DNA of 64,000 nucleotides from Candidatus Lindowbacteria bacterium RIFCSPLOWO2_12_FULL_62_27 (GCA_001784175.1 MFPR01000004.1:186001-250000); one strand, 5' to 3'; shown: positions 29,803-38,876, counted from the first letter of the stretch. Notes: generated from the letters alone by a model not told the origin. Made by a program: numbers and translations.

Positions 29803-29974
29803 CCGCCGGCGCGGCTTTTCCTACTCGGTCACGGACGCCCAGATCCGCGAGTGGCTCAGGTTCCCCGTCCGGGAGAAACTCCTCTGGCTGGAGGAGGCGA
29901 ACCGATTCAATGAGAAGGCCCTCCGCGGCGGAACGCTCCGGGTCTGGGAGGCGTTCCGGGCGGGGAGGATCTGA
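29765..29974 (+). CDS. Small partner protein of the nucleotidyltransferase
   Basis: 69 aa, overlaps the upstream gene end. Confidence 0.6.
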   Translation: MSRNSKKSARRPDRRRGFSYSVTDAQIREWLRFPVREKLLWLEEANRFNEKALRGGTLRVWEAFRAGRI

Positions 29975-29975
29975 C

Positions 29976-30029
29976 GCCTGGGAAGAAGACAGAATACAGA
30001 ATACAGGAGACAGAAGAAAACCAACCCAT
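29976..30029 (+). repeat. Solo left arm of the four-helix-bundle element
   Basis: GCCTGGGAAGAAGACAGAATACAGAATACAGGAGACAGAAGAAAACC. Confidence 0.85.
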
Positions 30030-30082
30030 ACGCGGATGATGGACTCCTTGATCGCCCAGCGCCGGCGTGGCAGAATTTCCAC

Positions 30083-30367
30083 ATGGACTCGCGCGATGAG
30101 GTTGTATTCTGGGATGAACCCATGACCCGGCGCCAACTCCGGGAAATTCTCGGATCGACGGCACACCCGCAATGGGCCTATTACGCCGGCAAAATCCTCC
30201 GGGAATTTCGCCCAGACCGCGTCTGGTCCTACCTCTCCCCGCAGGAGGTGGCCGATCGCTGGCCGGACCTGCGCCGATACCTCGGCCGCAGCCGGCCGTT
30301 GTGGTCGCTTCTTTTCGCCAAATGGATCGAGTTCGGCTATGTCCGATCTTCTGCTCCCATCGCATAA
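30083..30367 (+). CDS. Putative antitoxin of the AbiEii-type module
   Basis: FWD motif; small; leaderless; overlaps the AbiEii gene. Confidence 0.65.
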   Translation: MDSRDEVVFWDEPMTRRQLREILGSTAHPQWAYYAGKILREFRPDRVWSYLSPQEVADRWPDLRRYLGRSRPLWSLLFAKWIEFGYVRSSAPIA

Positions 30368-30992
30368 ACGGTTCCTGGACGTTTTCTTTTCCAAAACCGG
30401 CGGGTTTTTTCTGACGGGCGGAACCGCTCTGAGCGTCTTCTATCTGCAGCACAGGCGTTCGGACGACTTGGACCTCTTCACGCTGAGCGGCGACCGGTTT
30501 TCGGAAGTCCGGGGCATTCTGCAGGCGGTCATTCACGAGACGGGCGGAACCTGGGAGGCGGACCGGACGGCGCCCCATTTCCACCGGGGAGTATGGCGGC
30601 CGGTCGGAGACCCCGCCGGCGTCAAAATTGATATGGTGTGGGAAACGGCGGTCCAGGCCGTGGAAAAGAAAAAGATGTTCGGCCCATACGCCGTCGACGG
30701 GCCGGAAGACATCTGCGCCAACAAATTCTGCACCCTTCTGTCCCGATCCGAACTCCGTGACGCCATTGACCTGTTCTTTCTCGACCGCTCCGGCCTCCGA
30801 ATCCTCGACCATTTTCCGGCCGCGCAGAAAAAGGACGCAGGCCTGACGCGGGAGATCCTCTGCCAGATCTGCTCCGACATCCGCCTGGACTCTTGGCCGC
30901 CCTACATGATCCAAAAACCCGACCTCCAAAACTTCAATCGCTTCTTCGCCGACCTCACCGACCTCCTGGCCCGCGAAACATTTCCGCGGTAG
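30339..30992 (+). CDS. AbiEii/AbiGii-family nucleotidyltransferase toxin
   Basis: FLTGGTALS.FYLQHRRSDDLDLF, NK...R...RD.IDL. Confidence 0.88.
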   Translation: MSDLLLPSHKRFLDVFFSKTGGFFLTGGTALSVFYLQHRRSDDLDLFTLSGDRFSEVRGILQAVIHETGGTWEADRTAPHFHRGVWRPVGDPAGVKIDMVWETAVQAVEKKKMFGPYAVDGPEDICANKFCTLLSRSELRDAIDLFFLDRSGLRILDHFPAAQKKDAGLTREILCQICSDIRLDSWPPYMIQKPDLQNFNRFFADLTDLLARETFPR

Positions 30993-31003
30993 CCCCGAAG
31001 CAG

Positions 31004-31342
31004 ATGGAGACGGAGAACTTGGCGGATGGATGCCGGCGCTGGAAACGGGGGTTTGAGGCTGCGGAGGCGGCGCTGCGGGCGGAGAAAATCGAATGGCTGA
31101 CCCGAATGTCCGCCGCCGAATCCCGCCGCGTCTATGACGGGCTCTGCGGACTCTATTACGCGCGCGGAGCGGCAGCCGCCAACCGCACGGAAGACCCCGC
31201 CAAATTGGCGCAGGTTAGGGTCAGACGCCGGTTGAATCTCATGGCCCTCTCGCTTGGGAAGAAGACAGAAGACAGAATACAGGAGACAGAAGAAAATCGA
31301 CCCACAAAAGGAGAAAAGCATGGAAAAGGCGAAAACATTTGA
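31004..31342 (+). CDS. Small hypothetical protein; 3' end probably replaced by the repeat arm
   Basis: ORF reads into the (GACAGAA)n repeat at 31252. Confidence 0.4.
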   Translation: METENLADGCRRWKRGFEAAEAALRAEKIEWLTRMSAAESRRVYDGLCGLYYARGAAAANRTEDPAKLAQVRVRRRLNLMALSLGKKTEDRIQETEENRPTKGEKHGKGENI

Positions 31343-31733
31343 GGAGCTGACGGTCTGGCAGAAGGCGCATCGGGTGGTGCTCGGGATTTATCGCGCGACG
31401 GCCGGGTTTCCGAAACATGAAATCTACGGTCTGACGTCCCAATTCCGAAGGTCGGCCGTGTCCATCCCGGCCAATATCGCCGAAGGATTCAAAAAACGGG
31501 GCAAGCCGGACAAGGCGCGATTCATGAACACGGCCCAGGGATCCCTGGAGGAGACCCGCTACTATCTGATCCTTTCACGGGACCTGGGCTACATGAACTC
31601 GTCCGCATTGTTGGACGACGTGGACGAGGTCGGCCGGCTCCTCTCAGCCTACACCGACGCCATCCTGTCCTCTATTTGATTTTCCGGTTTTCTGTGTTTC
31701 TTCTGTCTCCTGTATTCTGTCTTCTGTCTTCTC
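31252..31733 (+). mobile_element. Four-helix-bundle element bounded by 7-nt-periodic inverted repeats
   Basis: The left arm (31252-31295) and right arm (~31697-31733) are reverse complements enclosing one gene. Confidence 0.75.
31320..31679 (+). CDS. Four helix bundle protein (23S rRNA IVP / Avd-like)
   Basis: FEELTVWQKAH, FPKHEIYGLTSQFRRSAVSIPANIAEG, AQGSLEE. Confidence 0.93.
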   Translation: MEKAKTFEELTVWQKAHRVVLGIYRATAGFPKHEIYGLTSQFRRSAVSIPANIAEGFKKRGKPDKARFMNTAQGSLEETRYYLILSRDLGYMNSSALLDDVDEVGRLLSAYTDAILSSI

Positions 31734-31785
31734 GCAGAAAGAGGCCGAACTTGATCTCCCCGGCCGGCAGTTGTATAAAGGACAT

Positions 31786-32046
31786 ATGAGAAAGAAACCG
31801 GAGCGGATCGAGACCATTCGGCGGCGGCATCGGGGCAGAAAGCTGTGGCTGCTCATCGCGGTGGATACACTGGACCCGGAAACGGGGCTGGGACTGACCG
31901 GGCGGCTTTTGGCCAAAGACCCCGACCCCCATGCGCTGACCCCGGTGGCCCTGAAAACCAAACACCGGCATCTGGCGGTCGAGTGTTCCGAGGACATGCC
32001 CAAAGACACCGTCTGCATCTTCCTTCATGTCAGTCCAGCGGCTTGA
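31786..32046 (+). CDS. Small hypothetical protein coupled to the aspartic protease
   Basis: Leaderless start after TTGATC-17-TATAAA; overlaps the next gene. Confidence 0.6.
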   Translation: MRKKPERIETIRRRHRGRKLWLLIAVDTLDPETGLGLTGRLLAKDPDPHALTPVALKTKHRHLAVECSEDMPKDTVCIFLHVSPAA

Positions 32047-32425
32047 TCCAAAGCCGGACGTCATTGTCGTCAAGGCGACCGTGTACGGTGCGCGGGAGCG
32101 GGTCGAAACCCGCCTGATCCTTGACACCGGGGCCGCCACCACGTTGATCGATCCCGACATCCTGCTGGTGGCGGGGTATGATCCCGCAAAGGCTGTTCGT
32201 CGACAGGCCATGACCACGGCCAGCGGCCATGCCTATGCGCCTCTACTCGCGGTGCGTCGTCTTGTGGTCCTCGGGCATGCCGTCGGGACCATTGACGTGG
32301 TCGCCCATTCCCTGCCTCCGAACGTCCCCGTCCGGGGACTTTTGGGCATGAATTTCCTTCGGCATTTCAACCTCCACCTCGAATTCCCGGCGCGCCGGCT
32401 GCGGATGGAAGGGGGGAGAAGCTGA
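32027..32425 (+). CDS. Retropepsin-like (clan AA) aspartic protease
   Basis: LILDTGA and GLLGMNFL. Confidence 0.88.
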   Translation: MSVQRLDPKPDVIVVKATVYGARERVETRLILDTGAATTLIDPDILLVAGYDPAKAVRRQAMTTASGHAYAPLLAVRRLVVLGHAVGTIDVVAHSLPPNVPVRGLLGMNFLRHFNLHLEFPARRLRMEGGRS

Positions 32426-32494
32426 GGCTTGGGAAGAAGACAGAAGACAGAATACAGGAGACAGAAGAAAATCGACCCACAAAAGGAGAAAAGC

Positions 32495-32695
32495 ATGGAA
32501 AAGGCGAAAACATTTGAGGAGTTGACGGTCTGGCAGAAGGCGCATCGGGTGGTGCTCGGGATTTATCGCGCGACGGCCGGGTTTCCGAAACATGAAATCT
32601 ACGGCCTGACGTCCCAATTCCGAAGGTCGGCCGTGTCCATCCCGGCCAACATCGCCGAAGGATTCAAAAAGCGAGGCAAGCCGGATCATGAATGA
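32495..32695 (+). pseudogene. Truncated four helix bundle gene
   Basis: Near-identical to the 31320 copy up to GKPD, then stops. Confidence 0.88.
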
Positions 32696-32920
32696 TTATT
32701 TGTCATTTCTTATTGGTTATTGGTCAGTTCCAAATAACAAATAGAAAACAACAAATGACCAATAACAAATAATCCTTGATGGGTCTCTTGTGCCTCTTGT
32801 GTAAAAAATGCGTAACTCGTGTTACCTGGTGTCTGGTGAAAAAGGGTTCGAGGATTCGAGGGGTCGAGGGTTCAAGTGAAATTCTCCCTCTGTGTGAGTA
32901 CAAATTAGAGAGCAGAACGG

Positions 32921-33019
32921 TTACTGCTGTTCTGTCTTTTTCGCCAAATACAGCGCAACTACACCGTAGAGCAGACCAAAAATCGAAAATACCAAAAGCG
33001 CGGTTTCTCGTGCGTCCAT
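32921..33019 (-). CDS. 32-aa single-TM peptide
   Basis: Manual translation MDARETALLVFSIFGLLYGVVALYLAKKTEQQ. Confidence 0.55.
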   Translation of the reverse strand: MDARETALLVFSIFGLLYGVVALYLAKKTEQQ

Positions 33020-33033
33020 GTGTGAATCATCCC

Positions 33034-33216
33034 CTAACTTTTCTTTTTTGTCAACGCGACGGCCATCATAAGAAGCGCCACGCCCGTCAGCCACCCGATG
33101 AACTGAACGGGCCGGAGACTTTCGCGCGTTATCCAGTCCGCAAAACTGCCGATGATCGCCGCAAGGCCAAAACTGCGGACGTGGATTTTTATTTCCTCGA
33201 TGCGTTCCGGCGTCAT
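33034..33216 (-). CDS. 60-aa two-TM membrane protein
   Basis: MTPERIEEIK...GLAAIIGSF...WLTGVALLMMAVALTKKKS. Confidence 0.55.
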   Translation of the reverse strand: MTPERIEEIKIHVRSFGLAAIIGSFADWITRESLRPVQFIGWLTGVALLMMAVALTKKKS

Positions 33217-33399
33217 ATCAGCGCCGCCGCCGCGGCCGGAATGTCCGATTGGAACGATGCCGTGTCCATGCTCTGCATTATCGGCATCAGCGTGATTCCT
33301 CGTGAGGGCCGACGCCATCCCGGCCTCTATTTGATTTTCCGGTTTTCTATGTTTCTTCTGTCTCCTGTATTCTGTCTCCTGTCTTCTTCCCAAGCCCCC

Positions 33400-33702
33400 A
33401 AAAAAATATTTTGAAAAAATACTTGACTTGCACGCTTTTTTTGGTACCTTTGCACAATTACCCCTTCGTGTTCACGCACCTTTCGAGCCGAAGGGATAAG
33501 GCCTTACCCCGCTTGGCGGGGGGGGCGAAAAACGGCTAACATACCTGCCCATAACTGTTATGGCAGGTTTCAGAGCGGGCGCCTCAAGCGTTCCGGTCTG
33601 ATAGGCTTTAGTGAATATAGAGCAATACCCAAGAATGCTCCATTGTTTGACAGGCAACGAGGATTCGCAACAAGGAGCAGAACTTCAAAGGGGGGTTACA
33701 TC
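33400..33702 (+). promoter_or_regulatory. Promoter and long structured 5' leader of the surface-protein gene
   Basis: A-rich UP tract, TTGACT-16-(TG)TACCTT, then ~245 nt with at least 4 hairpins. Confidence 0.55.
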
Positions 33703-35397
33703 TTGAAGCACGGATTAATCTTTTTTGCGGCGCTGGTCGCGGTGGCGCTGGTTGTCAGTCCCGCAGCTTGGGCGGATACGAAGCAAGTAGACAGCCTCAG
33801 TAACACGACCACAGATGCAGGCGCTGATATTGCTGTTGGTGCTAATGGCGATATCTACGTGAGCGCCAAAGTTAGCGCGCAGCAGTTACAAGTCCAAAAG
33901 GGCACCAATGGGGGGACGTTTACAGATTTTTTACCCGCCACTGTTGTTGATACCAACTCGACGGCGGCCAGTGTTTCTACGCAGAGAACTGCCATTGCTC
34001 TTTATGGTCCTACCGACTCACCGATCGTGGCAATCGATTCGGTTATAGCGGGGCCAGGAGGGGGCACCGACACAAGTCGCGGGATCGCCATCTATGTGAA
34101 TGACACGGGTACCTCAACCATGCGGCGGCTTACGACAGTAGATTTGCGTGGTGCTTCCCTCGAAACACAGACTCAGAGGATAACAGCATTTGACTTGCTG
34201 GCTAATGACAGTTATGTCATCCTTTGTGTCAATTATGGATCGCCAAGCAGCGCTTCTGGCTCCGTTAGGCAGGCGGACACGCTTGCGTTGTTTATCTGGC
34301 GTGTAGCTGGGAACGGAGCTGCGTTGGCGTCTCTCGAGTATACACGGTACGTGCTTGATACTGACCCCGGTTTGGGCGCCGATTTGCAGATCGCAGAAGG
34401 ACCTGCCGGGGGTCTGAAAGTTGCGACGGATACGGCGTTCAGGTTTTACGTTATGCTCAATGTGACCGAAGACACCGAGGCCAATGCTGGTGAGGGTGTT
34501 ACTATTGAAGACAGAGACACTGGTATATCTGTATATCGTGTGACGTTGGCAGATTCTTCGTCAGGAGGCCCTGGTTTATGGTCTGCCAAGTTGCGATTCA
34601 GCTCGTCCAGATACGGAGTTATTTCGGCTGGTGGCGGTGACACATTTGTTGACGCGGCCATGGCGCTGGATCAGGAAGACGCGGGTGACACGATTGATCG
34701 TGTGACCATTATTGTGTCGCCCCATACGCAGCAAAAGGGGGCAGACACGCTGTTCATCCTCGTGATTGATGATGACTCGGCATCAATCCCTCCTGCCAAT
34801 TCAAACGCTGGGGATAGTGCGGCTAATGGATCGCCATTCCAGTGGTCCGATACGTTCTCACAGCTTGATACAGGCCTTGCAAACGTGGCACAGACTGTTG
34901 CGGCGAGACCGGCGTCTCTGGCATTCAACAGATCAGGCAACGCGCTGACTCTGTACTACATTTCGAACGCCGGTAATCTCTACAAGGCGACGGCATCCCT
35001 TGACGCGACCTCGCGGGGGTACGACACTTCATTTGCAGCGTCGATCTCGTGGAGCGTGGATACCCTCAACCAAAATCTCGGATACGCGCACAACGATCCC
35101 GTTATGGACATTGCTGCTAATCTTCCGAACACTCGAAGTTATCTAGAACTGTCGCAGACCGTGGTGAATAACGTGCTTTATGTGGTCGGCCACGACAGGA
35201 CGAGCGGAAGGATTTGGTATGTGACCTCCAGCGCCGCCGCGGAGTCAAAGAAGAAAGAGAGCGCGGTGTGTTTGATGGACCGTTTGTTAGGGAAGACAGG
35301 ATTGCGGGCGGCGTTTCCAGCGCTCAAGACGTTCCGTGACACCCTCCTCGGGACGGATTTGGGCCGGAAGGCTGTCAGTCTGTATTACGGGTTCTAA
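33703..35397 (+). CDS. Secreted surface protein with a CFI-box-CTERM-like C-terminus
   Basis: TTG start after a G-rich SD; signal peptide ending AWA; S/T/A/G/D-rich body; tail CLMDR..LKTFRD.LL....GRKAV.LYY. Confidence 0.75.
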   Translation: MKHGLIFFAALVAVALVVSPAAWADTKQVDSLSNTTTDAGADIAVGANGDIYVSAKVSAQQLQVQKGTNGGTFTDFLPATVVDTNSTAASVSTQRTAIALYGPTDSPIVAIDSVIAGPGGGTDTSRGIAIYVNDTGTSTMRRLTTVDLRGASLETQTQRITAFDLLANDSYVILCVNYGSPSSASGSVRQADTLALFIWRVAGNGAALASLEYTRYVLDTDPGLGADLQIAEGPAGGLKVATDTAFRFYVMLNVTEDTEANAGEGVTIEDRDTGISVYRVTLADSSSGGPGLWSAKLRFSSSRYGVISAGGGDTFVDAAMALDQEDAGDTIDRVTIIVSPHTQQKGADTLFILVIDDDSASIPPANSNAGDSAANGSPFQWSDTFSQLDTGLANVAQTVAARPASLAFNRSGNALTLYYISNAGNLYKATASLDATSRGYDTSFAASISWSVDTLNQNLGYAHNDPVMDIAANLPNTRSYLELSQTVVNNVLYVVGHDRTSGRIWYVTSSAAAESKKKESAVCLMDRLLGKTGLRAAFPALKTFRDTLLGTDLGRKAVSLYYGF

Positions 35398-35448
35398 GTC
35401 AGTCAACCAAGTATCATCGGCGCTTCTAAACCTTTAAGAAGCCCTTTC

Positions 35449-35490
35449 AACCCTGTTGTGGCGAACCAACGCCGCAACAGGGTTTTTTAT
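35449..35490 (+). terminator. Intrinsic terminator (repeated at ~36128, ~40681, ~45119; variant at ~41506)
   Basis: AACCCTGTTGTGGCG-AACCAA-CGCCGCAACAGGGTT followed by a T run. Confidence 0.88.
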
Positions 35491-35521
35491 TTGGTAACTA
35501 CTCGGGAGGAACGAACCACGA

Positions 35522-35583
35522 ATGAACACGAATGGACACGAATTGTTGTTGAAGGAGGAAGTGTACGAGGTCGTGGGATGTTG
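35522..35583 (+). pseudogene. 5' fragment of a GxxExxY protein gene
   Basis: MNTNGHELLLKEEVYEVVGC overlapping CACGAAT repeats; cut at the TCATGGTGTCATT motif. Confidence 0.6.
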
Positions 35584-36171
35584 TCATGGTGTCATTCTTC
35601 TACTTTGCTACTTTCGAGCGCAGTGTGCTTGATGGACCGGCTGTTCGGGAAGACAGGATTGCGGGCGGTGCTTGCAGGCGCTCAAGACGTTCCGTGACAC
35701 CCTCCTCGGAACGGATTTGGGGCGGAAGGCCGTCGGTCTGTATTACCCAGGGGTTTTTATTTTCGGGTCTTCCGGTTTTCCTGTGGGTAAAAGAGAGGCA
35801 TTTTATCGGGAGACGCGCCCCCTCTCCCGAACCCTCTACCCCACATTCCCCCTTCTCGAATGTCGTCAACGTCATGGATCTGGGATGAACGATGTGAGTG
35901 GTTTCATGGTGTCATTCTTCTACTTTGCTACTTTCGGGCGCGGTGTGTTTGATGGACCGTTTGTTCGGGAAGACAGGATTGCGGGCGGTGCTTGCAGGCG
36001 CTCAAGACGTTCCGTGACACCCTCCTCGGGACGGATTTGGGTCGGAAGGCTGTCAGTCTGTATTACGGGTTCTAAGTCAGTCAACCAAGTATCATCGGCG
36101 CTTCTAAACCTTTCAGAAGCCCTTTCAACCCTGTTGTGGCGAACCAACGCCGCAACAGGGTTTTTTATTTT

Positions 36172-36200
36172 TTGACAGACCGTATTTTTCTGACTATACT
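36172..36200 (+). promoter_or_regulatory. Sigma70 promoter of hicAB
   Basis: TTGACA-17-TATACT immediately after the repeat's terminator. Confidence 0.8.
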
Positions 36201-36238
36201 GATGGGGTGAGGAGGACGTGTTTTTCTAGAATAACCAC

Positions 36239-36490
36239 ATGAGCAAATATGAGAAACTTCTGTTGCGGATATTGAGTGGAACGTCGGATGCAAATATCCG
36301 TTTCGCGGCCCTGTGCCATCTTCTGAAGCGATTTGGCTTTGATGAACGAACAGAGGGGGGCCACCATGTTTTCAGAAAGGCGGGCGTAGAAGAGAAAATC
36401 AATTTGCAAAGAGATGGCAGCAAAGCAAAGCCCTATCAAGTTCGGCAGGTACGCGCCGTCATTTTGAAATACAGAATAGGAGACGAGTAG
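36239..36490 (+). CDS. hicA: HicA family toxin
   Basis: GF.ER..GGHHVF...INLQ..G.KAKPYQVRQV. Confidence 0.88.
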   Translation: MSKYEKLLLRILSGTSDANIRFAALCHLLKRFGFDERTEGGHHVFRKAGVEEKINLQRDGSKAKPYQVRQVRAVILKYRIGDE

Positions 36491-36492
36491 AT

Positions 36493-36705
36493 ATGGAACG
36501 CTATGAGATCATTATTTTTTGGAGCGACGAAGATCGTGCATTTGTCGCGGATGTCCCGGAGCTTCCCGGATGCATGGCGCACGGCAGCACGTATGAAGAT
36601 GCCTTGAGAAACGCGCGCAAGGCAATCAAACTGTGGCTAAAAACGGCCAGGGAATTCAATGATCCCATCCCTGTACCGAAGGGCCGGCGCCTCGTTCTTG
36701 CGTAG
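36493..36705 (+). CDS. hicB: HicB family antitoxin
   Basis: WSDED.AFVA.VPELPGCMAHG.TYE.AL. Confidence 0.9.
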   Translation: MERYEIIIFWSDEDRAFVADVPELPGCMAHGSTYEDALRNARKAIKLWLKTAREFNDPIPVPKGRRLVLA

Positions 36706-36789
36706 CCGGCCCCGAGTCCCGGTCGACGGCTGTTCGGCAAGGCGAGGAGATCGATGATCGGGGTCGGGCGTACGTTTATTCGTTAATGC

Positions 36790-36929
36790 TTATCGGGTTG
36801 AGACACCACATCCGTCTTTACCCGAAATGGATAGCCACAAAAGGCACAAAAGTCACAGAAAACATTAAAAATTTTGTGCCTTCTGTGCTTTTTGTGGCTA
36901 AAATGCGGTGCAGGTGTGTCAACCCGATA
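36790..36929. repeat. Nested palindromes (outer TATCGGGTTGA/TCAACCCGATA; inner CACAAAA/TTTTGTG periodic)
   Basis: Inverted repeats read directly from the sequence. Confidence 0.75.
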
Positions 36930-37200
36930 TGCATTTATTCGTTTTCTGTTGGTCCAACCATGCCTGTAAGACTTTGAGGGGTTGTCATGGTGTCATTCTT
37001 CTACTTTGCTACTTTCGAGCGCAGTGTGCTTGATGGACCGGCTGTTCGGGAAGACAGGATTGCGGGCGGTGCTTGCAGGCGCTCAAGACGTTCCGTGACA
37101 CCCTCCTCGGAACGGATTTGGGGCGGAAGGCCGTCGGTCTGTATTACCCAGGGGTTTTTATTTTCTTGACATCTCCCTGTGGCCGTCGTACATTTTCTAC

Positions 37201-37434
37201 ATGAAACTTCTGACAGGCAGGATTACGGTCGATTCAAAGACGGTTGGCGGGAAACCGTTTTTCAGAGGCACGCGTATTCCGGTTTATGTTGTGCTGGAGA
37301 TGCTTGCCAACCGGGAAAGGTCAGAAGATATTTTCAGAGCATATCCCAATCTGACGGAAGACGACCTTCGAGACGCATTGATTTATGCCCGTAATCTTGC
37401 CGAGGTTCCCGCCGCCCCCCCTGCCGCCGCTTGA
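37201..37434 (+). CDS. DUF433 antitoxin-like protein
   Basis: RIT.D....GGKP..RGTRIPV...YPNLT. Confidence 0.9.
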   Translation: MKLLTGRITVDSKTVGGKPFFRGTRIPVYVVLEMLANRERSEDIFRAYPNLTEDDLRDALIYARNLAEVPAAPPAAA

Positions 37435-37805
37435 AAATCCTGATCGACAACAACCTCCCTTTCTGGTGGGCAGCGAAGCTGAGGAAGGACGGTCTCGAAG
37501 CGTCACATGTCATTGACTGTGGATTGGCCGATCGACCGGATGACGATGTCCGTCAGGCCTTCAAATCCGAACCGATTCTTCTGATTTCTCGCGATTCCGA
37601 TTTCTGGAATGACTGTCCGGCCGGTTGGTCATTGATCTGGGTCTGTATCCATAACCCCCGCCTGGCCGATCTTCAATCCCGGATATACGACACCATCCGT
37701 CAAGCCATCCGCAACGCCAAGCCCGGCGTACGATGTCTGGTCACGGACGACGGCATCATCCGATTCGGGGAAGGCGCTGTTTCCGGCGCTCAAGACGTTC
37801 CGTGA
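37431..37805 (+). CDS. DUF5615 / PIN-like toxin
   Basis: MKILIDNNLP, HV..GL, LISRDSDF; last codons supplied by a repeat copy. Confidence 0.85.
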   Translation: MKILIDNNLPFWWAAKLRKDGLEASHVIDCGLADRPDDDVRQAFKSEPILLISRDSDFWNDCPAGWSLIWVCIHNPRLADLQSRIYDTIRQAIRNAKPGVRCLVTDDGIIRFGEGAVSGAQDVP

Positions 37806-38055
37806 CACTCGCTCCTCGGAACGGATTTGGGGCGGAAGGCCGGGGGAAAACATTGGCCACAAACGAACACGAACGATCACGAACAGACACGAAAAAACAT
37901 TCTTCCCATGTAAAAATGTTCGAGTTCGTTCGTGTTCCATGTTCGTTTCCGTTCGTGGAATATGTTGAATGGTTCTCCTCCCCCTTCTACCGACCCCTTA
38001 CCGGGCAACCGGATTTTTTATTGACAGTCCCTTGGACGTGGGATAGAATTTCAGT

Positions 38056-38238
38056 GTGAGATTGACGGAGAAGCAGCATTCAAATGCGGCAAAGATTATG
38101 ATCAACATAGGAACGATTTGGTTTGCCACCGGAGTTATCGGCGGCGCTTTTAAAACGCCTTTTTCACCAACAGAATTTTGGTCTGGTATCGTCGTATCCC
38201 TGCTCTGTTTTCTCGGAGCGATCCTGATGGAGAGGTGA
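38056..38238 (+). CDS. 60-aa two-TM membrane protein
   Basis: Leaderless after TTGACA-17-TAGAAT; two hydrophobic segments. Confidence 0.65.
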   Translation: MRLTEKQHSNAAKIMINIGTIWFATGVIGGAFKTPFSPTEFWSGIVVSLLCFLGAILMER

Positions 38239-38245
38239 TCGAATC

Positions 38246-38347
38246 ATGACCCCATTAATATTGATGTCTTTAACGACCGCCATCGTGGTCACCCTATTTG
38301 TCTCTTGGGTGCTCATTTCCGACCATAGGCCTAAAAAACCCCAGTGA
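38246..38347 (+). CDS. 33-aa single-TM peptide
   Basis: MTPLILMSLTTAIVVTLFVSWVLISDHRPKKPQ; SD GAGGTGA contains the upstream stop. Confidence 0.6.
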   Translation: MTPLILMSLTTAIVVTLFVSWVLISDHRPKKPQ

Positions 38348-38702
38348 CAACGGACAACGAGCGGCGCCGTCGCGGAGTCGAAGAAGAAAGACAGCGTGGT
38401 GTGTTTGATGGACCGGCTGTTCGGGAAGACGAGTTTGCGGGCGGCGTTTCCGGTTAATCGGTATCATGTGTCATGGTCATGGTCATGTGTCATGTGTCAT
38501 GGTGTCATTCTTCTACTTTGCTACTTTCGGGCGCAGTGTGCTTGATGGACTGGCTGTTCGGAGAGACGACTTTTGCGGGCGATGTTTCCGGCGCTCAAGA
38601 CGTTCCGTGACACTCGCTCCTCGGGACGGATTTGGGTCGGAAGGCTGTCAGTCTGTATTACTGGTTCCAATGCTGAAGATTCGGCCGCGGCGGACCCGCC
38701 CT

Positions 38703-38876
38703 TCACGCGCGCGCGGCGGCATTCCGGGAGATGATCTTCCTCTTTGGGCGCCGGACACGGTACCGACTTTCGAGTCCTTTCAAATACTCGACAATCTTGA
38801 CGGGGTCATGCCCATATTCCCGTGAAATGACGCTTCGAATGCGCCGGATGGCGCCGATGACCGGATCTGTTTTCAT
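38703..38876 (-). CDS. Antitoxin-like partner of the PIN protein
   Basis: MKTDPVI..IR.IR..IS..YGHDP; ATGA overlap; homologous to 40726-40899. Confidence 0.7.
   Translation of the reverse strand: MKTDPVIGAIRRIRSVISREYGHDPVKIVEYLKGLESRYRVRRPKRKIISRNAAARA

Larger units (their letters stand above)
32426..33396 (+). mobile_element. Second four-helix-bundle element with its interior replaced
   Basis: Perfect 18-bp terminal inverted repeat GGCTTGGGAAGAAGACAG; gene 5' part to ~32686; gene 3' tip at ~33309. Confidence 0.7.

Noticed and set aside
28113-30125. Long ORFs 28113-29738(-) and 28833-30125(+)
   Set aside because: They read through stop-free repeats and antisense genes; the real genes are the shorter internal segments.
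33470-33560. c-di-GMP-I riboswitch
   Set aside because: Lacks the GCAAACC...GAAA...GGGACGCAAAGC core.
35586-38825. Repeated ORF MVSFFYFATF... as a real protein family
   Set aside because: It is an alternative frame of the CTERM-derived repeat with inconsistent ends and no SD; substitutions look synonymous in the CTERM frame.
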